DNA of 63,831 bases, the filler included, from Collodictyon triciliatum (lineage: Eukaryota): assembly GCA_043381765.1 (NCBI GenBank). It is 6 parts of 6 records of this genome, joined end to end, with 100 filler letters (N's around TTAATTAATTAA, not from the genome) between each part and the next. Parts side by side here need not be neighbours in the genome. Positions count along the whole stretch, not along the records: positions 1 to 26,597 come from JBHJMP010000735.1; positions 26,698 to 39,927 come from JBHJMP010000739.1; 4 more parts are not named here. One strand, written 5' to 3'. Positions within the stretch are counted from its first letter, which is position 1. The number at the start of each line of letters is the position of its first letter. The notes beneath the pieces are model-generated. The model was given only the letters and a program-made list of their open reading frames with translations. It did not search any database and had not been told where the DNA came from. The translations under genes and the position numbers were made by a program. Positions 25,001 to 38,599 of the stretch are shown in pieces.

Positions 25001-26292
25001 GGATAGATAAGGTGTTGGAAACAATGAAGAATACTTTTGGGTCGGACTCTAATGTTTTCACCAATGTGTTGATTGTATCCTGTTTTATTTCATTTTATTT
25101 TTGGAGGCAAGGATATTTCATCGATATGAAAAAGGTGGTGGTAGTTAACAAATATCCTGAATACATCAATGCAGAAAAGTATGAGAAAAGCAAACTCACA
25201 GGATGAATAGATATATCGTCGTCTAAAATAAGAACGTATTTCGAATCCTGTGCTGCATTTTTCATTCCTTGGAGCAAGTTTTGAAGCTTACATATGTTAA
25301 ATATATTCAATATGAGTAACTATAGTTTAGTATTATGAAAAAAGCAAAGATAAGACTTCAGAATATTTTAAATTGATGATGGTGAGGTGTTCAAAATCTG
25401 TATATCATTAAGAGTTTACTTTTTGACTGCAGTGAAACGAAAATCCGGCAGTAATTACCCTAACAGACTTTTGATACTGATTTTCCTGGGTTAAATCAAA
25501 CAGTAGGAATAAAGTGAAATGAATAATGAGGTACTTAAAATCACAGTGATAGTGTTCATGGATAAAAATAACATAGAATGGGCTAAGAAAAAATATAAAA
25601 TAGTCTTAATTCAGCCTATAGAAAGATAATATATTAACTTACCTGTATCATTTTGCAAAGGGCTGGATAGGCTGGATCAGACGCATCTTCGACGGTAAAT
25701 ATAAACTCGCATGTTCCATTGTAATTGGCGCATATGCAATTCTCCCAGTTTTCGATGGACGCATGATGAATGCCTTTCACAGCCATGATGACAGAGACCT
25801 TTGGGTAAAGCTGTACAAAAATGAAACTATGAATACATAATCGACCTAAGTAAATGAATAGTGTAAAGTGATTACTTATTGGTGTTATGATTGTTATTAT
25901 TCTTATTATTGTTATGATTGTTATAATTCTTATTATTGTTATGATTGTTATAATTATTCTTATTATTGTTATGATTGTTATGATTGTTATAATTATTCTT
26001 ATTATTGTTATGATTGTTATAATTGTTATAATTGTTATGATTGTTATGATTGTTATGATTGTTATAATAGTTATTATTGTTATGATTGTTATGATTTTTA
26101 TAATTGTTATAAATGTTATAATTGTTATAATTGTTATAATTGTTTGATTTGGTTGTATGAGATATAATACTGTTGGTTTCTCTGGCGAAATAGAGACAAG
26201 GTCGCTATTTATGACATCAGAGCTGTGCTGCAATTTTTTAAGCTGCGATACAATTTTGCGACGCGAGCATCCCAGTTGAATCCATGCGATTA
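22088..26292 (-). CDS. Glucosylceramide synthase-like glycosyltransferase (GT21, plant-type), 5'-partial; 3' end approximate
   Basis: Exons encode YPKVSVIMAVKG, EFIFTVEDASDPAY, HCSQK, YVLILDDDISIHP, CGYTLDLP, FVWGGCLL, RDGGYSDDMIL, ISSPLNCIFP, YLNFVRRQ, ITWSGIRY, matching the motif order I recall for plant GCS. The 5' end is cut by the linker at 26642. Confidence 0.85.
22480..22655. repeat. (GAGAAA)n intronic
   Basis: Direct reading. Confidence 0.95.
25884..26141. repeat. 9-bp degenerate array (TTGTTATRA / TTCTTATTA), intronic
   Basis: Direct reading. Confidence 0.9.
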
Positions 26293-26391
26293 CTTGTGTT
26301 AAGAAAAATAATGAACGGTCGAATCAAATATCAAAGAAAACTGATAATTGAAGCGACATATGAAGAAAAATGTAAATGAAAGTAAAAATGT

Positions 26392-26597
26392 GAATGAGAA
26401 TAGGAATGAGAATAGGAATGAGAATAGGAATGAGAATAAGATTAAGAATGAGAATGAGAATGAGAATGAGAATGAGAATGATAATGATAATGATAATGAT
26501 AATGATAATGATAATGATAATGATAATGATAATGATAATGATAATGATAATGATAATGATAATGATAATGATAATGATAATGATAATGATAATGATA
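26392..26597. repeat. Compound (GAGAAT)n(GATAAT)n
   Basis: Direct reading. Confidence 0.95.
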
Positions 26598-26641
26598 NNN
26601 NNNNNNNNNNNNNNNNNNNNNNNNNNNNNNNNNNNNNNNNN

Positions 26642-26653
26642 TTAATTAATTAA
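26642..26653. other. Artificial contig linker (stops in all six frames)
   Basis: TTAATTAATTAA flanked by N runs. Confidence 0.97.
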
Positions 26654-26824
26654 NNNNNNNNNNNNNNNNNNNNNNNNNNNNNNNNNNNNNNNNNNNNTTT
26701 TTTTTTTTTTTTTTTTTTTTCTTTTTTTTCTTTTTTTTCTTTTTTTTCTTTTTTTTCTTTTTTTTTCTTTTTTTCTTTGAGTGGGAATGTCTTAATCGCG
26801 TGTGGGATTCATATCATTTTGTAC

Positions 26825-27882
26825 CAGTTCCGTTGGGGCACAACCGCGCAAGTAGCTCGAAGCGGATTCCATCCTCACAACTCATGCTTTTCGCGTGGAT
26901 GCTGAAAATATGTGCACGTCCCTGTTCAAAAAGAAAAAGAATCAAATGAAGAGAAAAGAAAATGCCATTACCGGTAGTAAATGGGAAGAGAAAATAGAGA
27001 ATAGACAATGAAACTGAACAGGCGCAACATGATAGAGGAATTGTGAGTCTAGGGGTCTGGATTGTGCAAAACAAAGTTACAAAATGACCCGATGTATCGA
27101 GCCGTAGGTTATTTAGTTTGACTATTTCTTTTTTCATTTTTTCATTAGTTTTTTTTTTTCCTTTTTAAGTGGCTCTGCGCCTCTTTGTTAACCTCCAAGT
27201 CGGGCAGGCCGAATTCGACTTTTCTATCCAAGCGCCCAGGACGAAGAAGAGCGGGGTCCAGTGTGTCAGGTCTTTATGGTATCAACAAAAATCATGAATT
27301 AGAATTAAAATAGAGCGGACACACTAGACATGCACATGTTTATTTAAAAAAAAAAGTGTGTAAACATCCCGAAATATTGCATTTGTTCAAACAAGTCAGA
27401 CTAGGTTATGAAGTGGCAACAATAAAATTATGTATGATACGTGAAAAAGAAAAGCCTCGAACCACACCTGTTTGTAGCCATCAGCACTTTGATGTTTCCA
27501 CGCGGATCAAAGCCGTCTAATTGATTGATAAGCTCAAGCATAGTGCGCTGCACTTCGTTATCTCCGCCTGCACCATCGTCGAAGCGGGCACCTGGTTCAT
27601 GGAACATATGTTTACATTTTGCTCGATACATCTAAGCTGTAATTTTTGAACTTTGCTTCAACAAACAGAACAGTCGAAAGTAACATATTTTAGAAGAAAA
27701 AATAAGTTTGTGCCTCAAAGGAAAACATATTCGTTGGGTATGTGAATATAAGTTAAATAAAAAATAAAAACGAAAAGGTATTCAGTGAAAAAGAAAATTC
27801 ATACGCAATAAAACTACGTTACCTCCTATGGCATCCACTTCGTCAAGGAAAATGATGCACGCTTTGCGTTGGCGAGCCATCT
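26825..27882 (-). CDS. RPT1: 26S proteasome AAA-ATPase subunit RPT1 (regulatory subunit 7), internal fragment
   Basis: Four exons: [120 protein letters not shown]. Truncated by an N gap on one side and the contig end on the other. Confidence 0.96.
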
Positions 27883-28472
27883 NNNNNNNNNNNNNNNNNN
27901 NNNNNNNNNNNNNNNNNNNNNNNNNNNNNNNNNNNNNNNNNNNNNNNNNNNNNNNNNNNNNNNNNNNNNNNNNNNNNNNNNNNNNNNNNNNNNNNNNNNN
28001 NNNNNNNNNNNNNNNNNNNNNNNNNNNNNNNNNNNNNNNNNNNNNNNNNNNNNNNNNNNNNNNNNNNNNNNNNNNNNNNNNNNNNNNNNNNNNNNNNNNN
28101 NNNNNNNNNNNNNNNNNNNNNNNNNNNNNNNNNNNNNNNNNNNNNNNNNNNNNNNNNNNNNNNNNNNNNNNNNNNNNNNNNNNNNNNNNNNNNNNNNNNN
28201 NNNNNNNNNNNNNNNNNNNNNNNNNNNNNNNNNNNNNNNNNNNNNNNNNNNNNNNNNNNNNNNNNNNNNNNNNNNNNNNNNNNNNNNNNNNNNNNNNNNN
28301 NNNNNNNNNNNNNNNNNNNNNNNNNNNNNNNNNNNNNNNNNNNNNNNNNNNNNNNNNNNNNNNNNNNNNNNNNNNNNNNNNNNNNNNNNNNNNNNNNNNN
28401 NNNNNNNNNNNNNNNNNNNNNNNNNNNNNNNNNNNNNNNNNNNNNNNNNNNNNNNNNNNNNNNNNNNNNNNN

Positions 28473-31400
28473 CTCTTCCAACCGGGCGGAAGCGCAAGGA
28501 CTGTGGACTCGAATTACCCTCCAAAGTCCCCCGCAAGTTCTCGACAAACTCCTCGCAATGTCTTTCAGCCGTCCAGTCCATCCTTGTCTCCTCTCTTGGC
28601 CCTCGGCTCCGGACTCCATTTTCAAACAGAGACGGGCTCAGACTCCTTTGCCCAGCTGCCTTTGCATCCGCTCAGCCGCCTCCAAACAGGAGGAGATTCT
28701 ATTCGTTCTGTGAAAAGGTGAAAAGATCGCAAGTTTAGCATGAGTTTTATGGTTTTTTTATGGTTTTTTTTTATGGTTTTTTTTATGGTTTTTTTTATGG
28801 TTTTTTTATGGTTTTTTATGGTTTTTTATGGTTTTTTATGGTTTTTTATGGTTTTTTATGGTTTTTTATGGTTTTTTATGGTTTTTTNNNNNNNNNNNNN
28901 NNNNNNNNNNNNNNNNNNNNNNNNNNNNNNNNNNNNNNNNNNNNNNNNNNNNNNNNNNNNNNNNNNNNNNNNNNNNNNNNNNNNNNNTTATGGTTTTATG
29001 GTTTTATTGTTTTATGGTTTTATGGTTTTATGGTTTTATGGTTTTATGGTTTTATGGTTTTATGGTTTTATGGTTTTATGGTTGTTTTTTTTTTAATAAT
29101 TGGTGAATTTAATATTCTTTTTCTTTGTTATTTATTTATTATTATTATTATTTTTTTTTGCTTTTAACATTCGATACCCTGAGTGATGAATTATTGAAAT
29201 CAAGAAAAGACCCTCCTCATCCTCGGCCACGATGAGACTTGTGGTTACAAATGAGCTACAACGAGCGCAGTCTGCCAACAGCCACCGGGCAAATTCTTCC
29301 ACTGCGAGTGTTGGTCCGTTTTTTTTTAAATAAAATAATAAACCCTCATTATCAATAGAATAAGTATCTCAATAATGATAAGAATAAAAAAAACCTAGAG
29401 ACGACATTATTTGAAGTTTTGAAGTAGAAAATATTCCAAGTGTATCATTATTTTTGATCATTTTTTAGAGTCACTTTCTCCAGAGATGTCATCCTCATTA
29501 TTGTCAAAGTAGGCAACCTTTTAATGGGCATTATTGTGTGAACGTAGTTATAATTGCTCCGAAGATTTAAGGACAAATGATTTATTCCTAAATATTTGAA
29601 GCCCGACATATAGAAAAACAAGCAAGTTTGGATCTGGTATATTTCCCATGAGCCCGGTTATTGACACAAATAAACCAAATATTCAGGTGCTTTGAATATG
29701 TTTCGGCCTTATCTTCGCACTATCGTGTAGATTTCATGTTTGTTTCTTTTAAAATAATAGTATTCACTCAACCTCATTATCCCAGAACACAGTGTGCTCT
29801 TTTGCAGATATGCGTCCTTTGAAACTAGATTCATCGAAATCTATGTGTAATTCAACAAAATTGATGACAACCATGATTGACCTATTGCATTTTATTTAAT
29901 GAATGTTTTTATTTACATATTGTGGATGGTTTGTCCTGAGCAGAAATATTTTCAACAGCAAAGGTCCTACTTAAAATCAGACTGCCGTCAAACCCGCCAA
30001 CCTTCGTTTCCAACTTCAAAAAATTTTGTCTTCACAACGGTCTGCATTGATATATAGCATGTGCATCTTGGGCTAATATTTAAATTAATTTTTTATTTGG
30101 AGCAATTTTTAACAACGGTTAGAGCAATACAAACTATCTGACACCAAATTGTCATTAAATTTTTGTATCCAAACTAGATTCACAGGATATCTTTGAACTT
30201 ACATTTTGGCTGATCTTTTGCATCTCGTTCCAGCCAAACTCAAAGAAATTACAAGAATATATGACGCAAACATTATCAAGAAAGTTTATTATATTCTTTA
30301 TGGGGATTCCACAGAAAGATCTATTTATGCAGGTAAAGAGATAATTCAAGTGTTTACACTAATTCCAAATAATCGTTATTTCAAGCTCTGCATATTGCCA
30401 CTTTTTAATCACGTTGAATCTAAATAAATCATTAGTATTATCCACTGACACTGTCTCATTCCATATGCAATTGCTTCATAGAGGTGTTCGCACAAGATAA
30501 AGTTCGTTTGATTCAATCATTTATAGAAAAATAAGCACTAGAGTATATTTTTTTTCTTGTATTTATGATTTTTTATACAGTTTTTGAATATGATTATACT
30601 GGAATCTTCGACGTTTTCTCTTAAAGAAATAATCGAATTAAACTTAGGCAAACTTTACACCTGCTTTTCGGCGAGACATTCTGCATATAGTGCAACTCCT
30701 CCAGACTGGAGTTCGGTTTACAGACACCTACCTAACTTCTCTCGAAAGTAAGATATTTCCAGCAGGAACTGCAGCAGCTGTTTCAGGAAATGACAGAAGC
30801 ACACACGACCTATCGGTTGTATCACGCCTCAACGCGTCAACACGTACCGACGCCCAGGATGATATTTCCAAACTTCAAGAATATGTTCTAAAGATTGAGA
30901 GACTATCTTCGAAAGGTCATTATATGTAAATTACTAAGCTCGTCATTGCGTTCACCAAAAGAGATTAATGAACTAATTTACTTTATTGAAAATCATCGAT
31001 CTTTTGAATCAGAACTTCGCGACATTGAGGAGGTTTGTCCAAAAAAAAAAAAAGCAATTACATAGATATAATTTGGATATTGGGATATTGAGATTGATCA
31101 AGATATCTTTCATAACATCGATAAATATCCATAGGAGGAAAGAAACAAGATCAACAGGGATATCCTAGATGAGACACAACCTCCTGAAAAACTGTTGATA
31201 AATGGGAAAAAAGTATATTCACTCACATGTACCCAAATTCAATTTATGACAGTGGCAATACAATCATATTCAAAAACGACGTATCAAAGCGAAAACAAGG
31301 AACTGCTTGGCTGTGTTCCTGGCGAAAACACCCTCATTGATTTTTTCCATTCAAATCAGTTAACGGATGAATATCGTGTACCAGCAAAGAAAATAGAGCG

Positions 31401-32218
31401 CAAGCCTCTTCAAATATCATCCATGGACCAGAAAAGCCCCCTGATTCAAAGCTATTTTGATGAAAAACAAGACCAGTGCGTTGAAAAAACCATGCAAGGT
31501 GAGACCTTTGTACATACATATTCTGGGTTTAGGTCAACCTCCCTTTTTATGTATAAGCCATCGTCTAATTTTTGACCATATTTAAGATATTCATCTCGTC
31601 ATCGCGTCTCGAAAAGCAGCAGCTATTCAAGTGAAGAAACAAATGAACGAAGACAACCTATCCGAAAGCCAAAGAACCTTGATGGAAAACCAAAAATATG
31701 CCTTCAAGCGAGAGAAAATATTTCGCCGAATACACGATGGCTACATGCAGAAAAAGGAGGCATGCAAAAAGGATACCGCATTTCTTCATCACGAACTTGA
31801 TGAAGCCAAGAAAGAGGTTGAGGAAAATGGAAAGAAAGTGTTGCGAGAAGGGGACTTATCGGTACCGTTCATATTGCACCCCAATATCTACGATGCATAA
31901 TCTCCCGTTCCCTAAATAATGATAACAAGCATAACATATTGCCTATGCAAAACTCTACGTTATAGCAATTTTTTTCCATGCTATGATATTGGTGCATTAT
32001 GTTACTGACATTTTGTGTTACTTCAGATTAGCCAGTTAACGTTGGAAATAATGGAACGACAAAATCAAAGACGCGTACTGGTTGAGCGTAGCCTTCAAAA
32101 GATGGGATATGTAGAACAAAGCGGAGATGTTAGACTCCGAGCATCAAACCTCATCATCCAGAGCTCCGAGCAATCAGAATCACAGGCACGCCTTCGCAAC
32201 GCGCGAAACCCGTCCTAA
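28473..32218 (+). CDS. FAM227-like (FWWh-domain) protein with C-terminal coiled coil, 5'-partial
   Basis: Exons DIFELTFWLIFCISFQPNSKKLQEYMTQTLSRKFIIFF (30186-30331), YYPLTLSHSICNCFIEVFAQDK (~30435), NFTPAFRRDILHIVQLLQTG and SPLIQSYF resemble the FAM227 pattern. Charged helical exons follow, to a stop at 32218. Confidence 0.6.
28744..29083. repeat. (TnATGG)n array spanning a gap, intronic
   Basis: Direct reading. Confidence 0.9.
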
Positions 32219-32473
32219 CAAACGCATGCCCAAAGAAGCAAAATAAGCTCTTCTCTTTTATCCTTTTCGTTATCGCGTGTATAATATACCGTCTTCTAAT
32301 ATTTGATAAAATGAGCACAAAACCGTGGTTTTTTGACAACCTGGCTCAAAGAATCACTTTCTTATACCCCCGTTGTCATCGACAGGAAATCATCCCTCTA
32401 TAGACTAACTTTCTTATCAACAGCAATTTTACTAAATGTATATTGCTTCCCACAAGACACATGTGGTTTGCTG

Positions 32474-32653
32474 GTTTGTTTGTTTGTTTGTTTGTTTGTT
32501 TGTTTGTTTGTTTGTTTGTTTGTTTGTTTGTTTGTTTGTTTGTTTGTTTGTTTCTTTGTTTCTTTGTTTCTTTGTTTCTTTGTTTCTTTGTTTCTTTGTT
32601 TCTTTGTTTCTTTGTTTCTTTGTTTCTTTGTTTCTTCGTTTCTTTGTTTCTTT
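32474..32653. repeat. Compound (TTTG)n(TTTCTTTG)n
   Basis: Direct reading. Confidence 0.95.
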
Positions 32654-33459
32654 GTTGATACGCATGTTATTTTTGATTAACACCCGTGGTTCAACATTCT
32701 TCTGCTCCCACGAACCGTGCCAACAAAATGAATACCTTTTTGAAACAAAAGGTCACTCCGCCCATTTTTAAGGCTCCTCATTTGCATGACATGGGTATGA
32801 ATCATACGGAATACCTTTTATTTGCATGGCTGGTAAGCAACTCTCGACCGATTTTCAGAATGTCAAAAGAGAGAGAGAGAAAGGAATGCTCTCATGCGCA
32901 CCCACCATGTTGAATCTAGCTCTGATGCTGGCATTGGCAACAAGTCCGACTTTGGCGGAGATAACTGACGGATATCGTACGCGCCAGCGCAGAAAGGGAA
33001 TAACGATCCTTTGCATACTTTATTGATTTTGACTGTCTTGGGATTGTTTGGCTTTTCTTGTTTTGTTCGGCATAGCCTCCTTTTATGTTTCTTGTTTCTT
33101 GTATTTTGGAGAATACGTGCAGTGTTAATTACGTTTATGTACTCTGTCTTCCCAATAAATCAAGTTTACAATCAATATATTATTTTAGATGCCAGATAAT
33201 AGCCCAAAAATGCACATGTAACTATATTTAGATCGATTGAAAATATAAAATATATATTCCAATTATGATATGTTCCATTCACGCCAAATGCAAATCGGCT
33301 GATTTCTGCGAATTTTCCATTTCTCAAATGCGCTTCCTGTGCCCATGGCAAGCAAACGCGAAGGGAATGTCTGCAAACGTCCCGCTGGAGAAACGGAACA
33401 CTTCGGCGAGGGAACATGAAAGGGAGGCTCGCTCACCTGGCTTGAGGGATCAAACAAGC

Positions 33460-33843
33460 AAAAAAAGAAAGAGAAAAAAGAAAAAAAGAAAAGAGAAAAA
33501 AAGAAAAGAGAAAAAGTAAAAAAAGAAAAAAAGAAAAGAGAAAAAAGAAACAAGAAAAGAGAAAAAAGAAAAAGAAAAAGAAAAAGAAATAGAAAAAGAA
33601 AAGAGAAAAAAGAAAAAAGCAAAAAAAGAAATAGAAAAAGAAAAGAGAAAAAAGAAAAGAGAAAAAAGAAAAGAGAAAAAAGAAAAAAGCAAAAAAAGAA
33701 AGAAAAGAGAAAAAGAAAAGAAAAAGAAAAAGACAAAGAAAAAGAAAAAAGAAAAAGAAAAAAGAAAAAGAAAAGAGAAAAAGAGAAAAAGAGAAAAAGA
33801 GAAAAAGAGAAAAAGAGAAAAAGAGAAAAAGAGAAAAAGAGAG
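33460..33843. repeat. A/G low-complexity polypurine tract
   Basis: Direct reading. Confidence 0.9.
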
Positions 33844-33996
33844 CTGTGAACGACACCAGCTATGGTATTCTTAGTCTCCGATAAAGATTACTCTCGAGTG
33901 CAAGCGTTAATGCTTCGTCTGTGATTATTTGGTTTTTTCCCACGCGTCTCACGCCTCAATAAATAGCGGAAGTTCCCACTCGCTTTTCGCCCCGAA

Positions 33997-36900
33997 ATGA
34001 CTGCAGATGAGGAGGCACCGATCCTGAGGGATGTAACGTTTGTGTTTCTTGCTCATTTCTCTTACAACACGCCTAGCTCTGAATCATACCCCTCTTGGGA
34101 CTTACTGACGCACTATTATTGTATTCTTTTCCTTCTTACATAAAAACAAACAAACTAACTAAAAAACAAACAAACATAGCGATGAAGCACAGCGCCAACG
34201 AGTTTCCTGGGTTTGTCATTCTCATCTTTGCATTTAGTTTTGAGTGCAAGAGAAAAGCGGGAACCTCTGGGCTAATAACCCCGTTCTTTTTTCTTGACTC
34301 CTATGCTATTTTAATACAAACCATTTATATACCGCACGTACTAGAACTTACGCAAATTTATTGTATTCTAACCGCTCGCTCGCGATGGCTTCCATTCTGC
34401 AAAACATAATTTGCAGTTGTCTCCAACACGCCTCAAAATCCTTCTTTCCTTGGGATCTCTTGTTATCCTGTCGTTGGTCCTCGTCTTTGTCCTGGTGGAC
34501 TTTGGTACATGCATATTTGCACAAACAGACTGATGAGCCACATTAACATACACTTGCTGTTTATTTCCCTATGTTCGACTCTCACAAACATTTGTTCGCA
34601 ATACTCAGACGACAACGAAGATAACAACCGCTCGACAGATCCCGCATTCTTTGCCAACGGTGCAGTTTCTGCAGGTATGAATTTGTAATAGACATACCTG
34701 ATCTTTGTTCCACCCAGATACTGTGTCAGAGCATGGAAAGCACTTTTAAATGTAAAAAACGAATGAAGTGGCCATCAAAGCGCAATATGTCCGTGTGGCT
34801 GCTTATTTTCCCGAGAGTGTGCCTGGGACTAACAACTATTTCCATATCGCGTGTATACCAGATCAACCCACATGCAGCAAAATGGGCACAGATATTCTAC
34901 GGAAAGGTGGAAATGCCGTCGACGCTGCTGTAACAACGGCCTTGTGCCTTGGGCTGCTGAGTCCGTTTGCATCCGGAATTGGAGGCGGTGGCTTTATGCT
35001 GTGGGTAGCTGGTAGAAGAAATGCTGAGGAACAGACTCACCCACCTTAAACTAAGCACAAACCGACGAAATAATATCTGATTTCTTTTTCCCCTCCGCTT
35101 CTCTTATACAGAATCCACACGCCTGATAATACCCAGGAACTTGTCGACTATCGGGAGATTGCTCCGTTCAATTCATCTCGGGATATGTTTTTTGAGCCGT
35201 CAGACTACTCAAGCACAGAAGGTCGTTTTTGGATGACCTTTTCCTTTGAAACAGTCATATTGTTGTTTTTCCCAAGAATAATATTCCTTAATGAATGAAA
35301 GCATTTTGATAATTCGAATACCTTCAATTCGCTTGGGGTTTTATGAACCATCGGCTTATCTTATTTTTATTGCCTCAATACCCACACATTGACACGCTTT
35401 CTTTTATTCCTTTCATTTCAGGCGGCCGTTCTGTTGCTGTGCCATCAGAGCTTCGCGGGCTCGAGTTGGCCTTTAAGCGCCATGGAAGTGGACGACTCCA
35501 ATGGAAAGACTTGGTCTGCCATCTTTTGATTACAACAAGAGAACATACTCACTAGAATATGATATAATTGTGAATGAGTCTTTTTTTTCTTTCTATCGTC
35601 ATTTATTTTTCTTTGAAAAATGTCCCAGGTCTTACCCATCGCCCAAGTTGCACGTGAAGGATTTGTCATCACTGAGATTTTTGAGCTGAGATTGAATGAG
35701 ACAAAAGATTTAATCATGCAATGGCCAAAGATTTACTCTGTCTTGGCTCCCGAGGGGTATATTTCATCGTTGCAAATCTTTCTCGGAAGGAAAACTACCA
35801 ATATTTACCTCCTTTCATCATTTTCACTTTTTTTTTTCAACTTATATTTCATCTCAATCCACAATGTGCCTGCATCAGGGTATTTCTGAAGAAGGGTGAC
35901 ATCCTCAAAAGACCCGATTTGGCCGAAGTATACGAGAAAGTTGCGGCTGAAGGAGCAGAGGCTTTTTTTACAGTGATTTTTCTATTCACCGACTATTTCT
36001 AGTGTCAAATCCAAAAAATACGAAACAAACAAAAAAAAACGTGAAAAATATTAAACACATTAATTTTATGAGGCTATGTTCTCATATTCAGAAACCTCTT
36101 TGACTATATTTTTTCCATGAAAGTTTATCTGATTTACTATTTCCTGCAGGGGGACATCGCTGCAGATATTTTGGAAGCTGTTAACGAAAATGGCGGAAAT
36201 ATGACCCAAGTCGACCTTGATGCTGCCACTGCAGAGGTGATTTAGCTATGTTTCGACTCATAAAAGATGCCCGAACTCGAGATACTCCAAGGATATATAT
36301 ATTTGCTGCAATCAAACGATGCGGCATTCATTTTTTTTTTTTTTACATGCATATTTTTTTAAACCCCACCCTCGATCGATTTCGCGACCTTTAACTTTGC
36401 AACCAAACATCTTAAAGATTCGGGAGCCTTTGGTCTCACAATACCGCGGACTCAAGGTGTTTGGAGCCCCACCACCTTCCTCTGGTGAGTCTCAAAAGAG
36501 TTATTTCTCCATAAAGTGACATCTTGCTAGTTATCTTTCAATAGTCAATCGCATAGCTGTATCTGAAGCAACATGTCTTCTATCTCTATATCCCTATTTC
36601 TATTTTCTGCAGGAGGAGTTGGTGTTGGCTTCATGCTTTCTGTTCTCGAAAAGTATGACCTGAAAACTGGTGGTATAAATGGAGAAAATGTGCATCGCAT
36701 CATAGAGTCTTTGAAATTCTACTTTGCACAGAGGACCCAACTGGTAATGATATAATGTTTATATATCTTGGGTTCGAGTGTGAGTGAATGCAATCGAATC
36801 TATTGTAAATTAAAGCTTCGAAAAAATGTAAGAAAAGAGCACAGCACCAACAACATGGGACTTCAGCAAGATTCATAGGTGTTGATAAATAATGATAATT

Positions 36901-38599
36901 ATAATAATTTGGAAATCCAACGTGTAGGGTGACCCTAAGTATGTCCCTGAAGCTCTTGACGTAGTAAACCGCCTGTACTCTGAATCATATCAAAATGCCG
37001 TGTTCAAGAACATCACTGTGCGGTTTGGCTATTATAAGGCTATTTTTTTTTATGGATACGCTTAAAAATGAAAGAAAGAAAGGCAATCAATAAAGATTTT
37101 TCCGATATACTCCAAAAAAAAAAAAGACAAAGGAAGAAATATTATTTTTGAATCAACCGTCACTGTTTTACATCCAATAAAAACTAAACAATCTGCCTGC
37201 CGAACACAGGATGTAACACATGAGCCTGAATACTATGTCTACGAGCCTGTCCAGATTTCGAGAGACCATGGCACAACACACTTCAACGTTGTGGACAAAG
37301 ACCGCATGGCCGTTTCTTGCACCTCCACCGTGCTGCTTAAAACCAATATCACGTCTATTCAGCAATCATGCGTTTTCTCATCTCCATTTCAATCTCACTT
37401 TTTTTATTTAGTCTTTATTTATCCATAAAACGTGCTCATTATTTTATCCAATCTAGATTAATTTGACTTTCGGCTCGAAGCTTATGACCAACCGGTTCGG
37501 AATTCTTCTTAATGACCACATGGATGACTTTGCTACAAGCGAAGAGAATTCCTTCGGGCTGCCTTTCAGTGAGAGCAATGCTATCGGTAAGATGAAATTG
37601 TAATCCCCTGGCCAATAATTATTATTTTAAACTTTCCTTTATTCTAAATATATATTCCTTCTATCTCTATCTCCCCTCTATGTTCTCTTCATATTCCGAT
37701 TCATGAAATCGATACGCTGTTAGAAAAGGTGAAACAGGATGATTGTAAATACATTTCTGTGGCGTGCTGCATTTCGCGGTATTCTTTACTAACCAACACC
37801 TGCCCCGGACAGCGCCACACAAGCGGCCCCTATCGTCGATGTCGCCCACCATCATCCTGGACTCTGCAGATAAACTTCACACGGTCATCGGATCATCGGG
37901 AGGCCCGCGCATCATTTCCGCCGTCCTTGATGTCATCCTGAACCTGCTCGAGTTCGACATGGCTGTCCTTGAGTCGGTCTCTGTCCCTCGCTTCCACCAC
38001 CAATGGGTTCCAAACACACTCCTTGTCGAGCGCGGCCTGGAGGAGGCAGTGCTGAGCGACCTGACAAGCCGCGGACACGAGGTTGGCTGACAGACACAGC
38101 AAAAGCCTTTTCCTTTCTCCTGGGCACTCTGCTCTCCCCTGCAGCAGCAATCTTCATCTTCATCTTCATCTTCATCTTCATCATCATCATCTTCATCATC
38201 ATCATCTTCATCATCATCATCTTCATCATCATCATCTTCATCGTCATCATCATCATCATCTTCATCATCATCATCTTCATCATCATCATCTTCATCATCA
38301 TCATCTTCATCATCATTATCATCTTCATCTTCATCATCATCATCATCTTCATCTTCATCTTCATCTTCATCTTCATCTTCATCTTCATCTTCATCTTCAT
38401 CTTCATCTTCATCTTCATCTTCATCATCATCATCATCTTCATTGAAACCCGTGCCTTTTCTTGTCTTTTCCAGATCGACATCGCAGACAACCTCCCAGAC
38501 GGACACACGCTCGGCAACGTCCAAGTCATTCAGATCAAACCCGACGGACTTTACGCCGCCAGCGACCCGCGCAAGCAAGGTTTGGCCGATGGCTACTGA
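33997..38599 (+). CDS. GGT: Gamma-glutamyltransferase / glutathione hydrolase, type II membrane protein
   Basis: N-terminal TM ([19 protein letters not shown]), [47 protein letters not shown], nucleophile site [59 protein letters not shown]. Confidence 0.96.
38149..38442. repeat. (CAT)n/(CATCTT)n compound repeat in the last GGT intron (38082-38473)
   Basis: Direct reading. Confidence 0.95.

Noticed and set aside
30206-30427. ORF MADLLHLVPAKL... as the coding frame
   Set aside because: The overlapping frame DIFELTFWLIFCISFQP..., bounded by CAG and GTAAAG, fits the splice sites and the FAM227-like pattern better.
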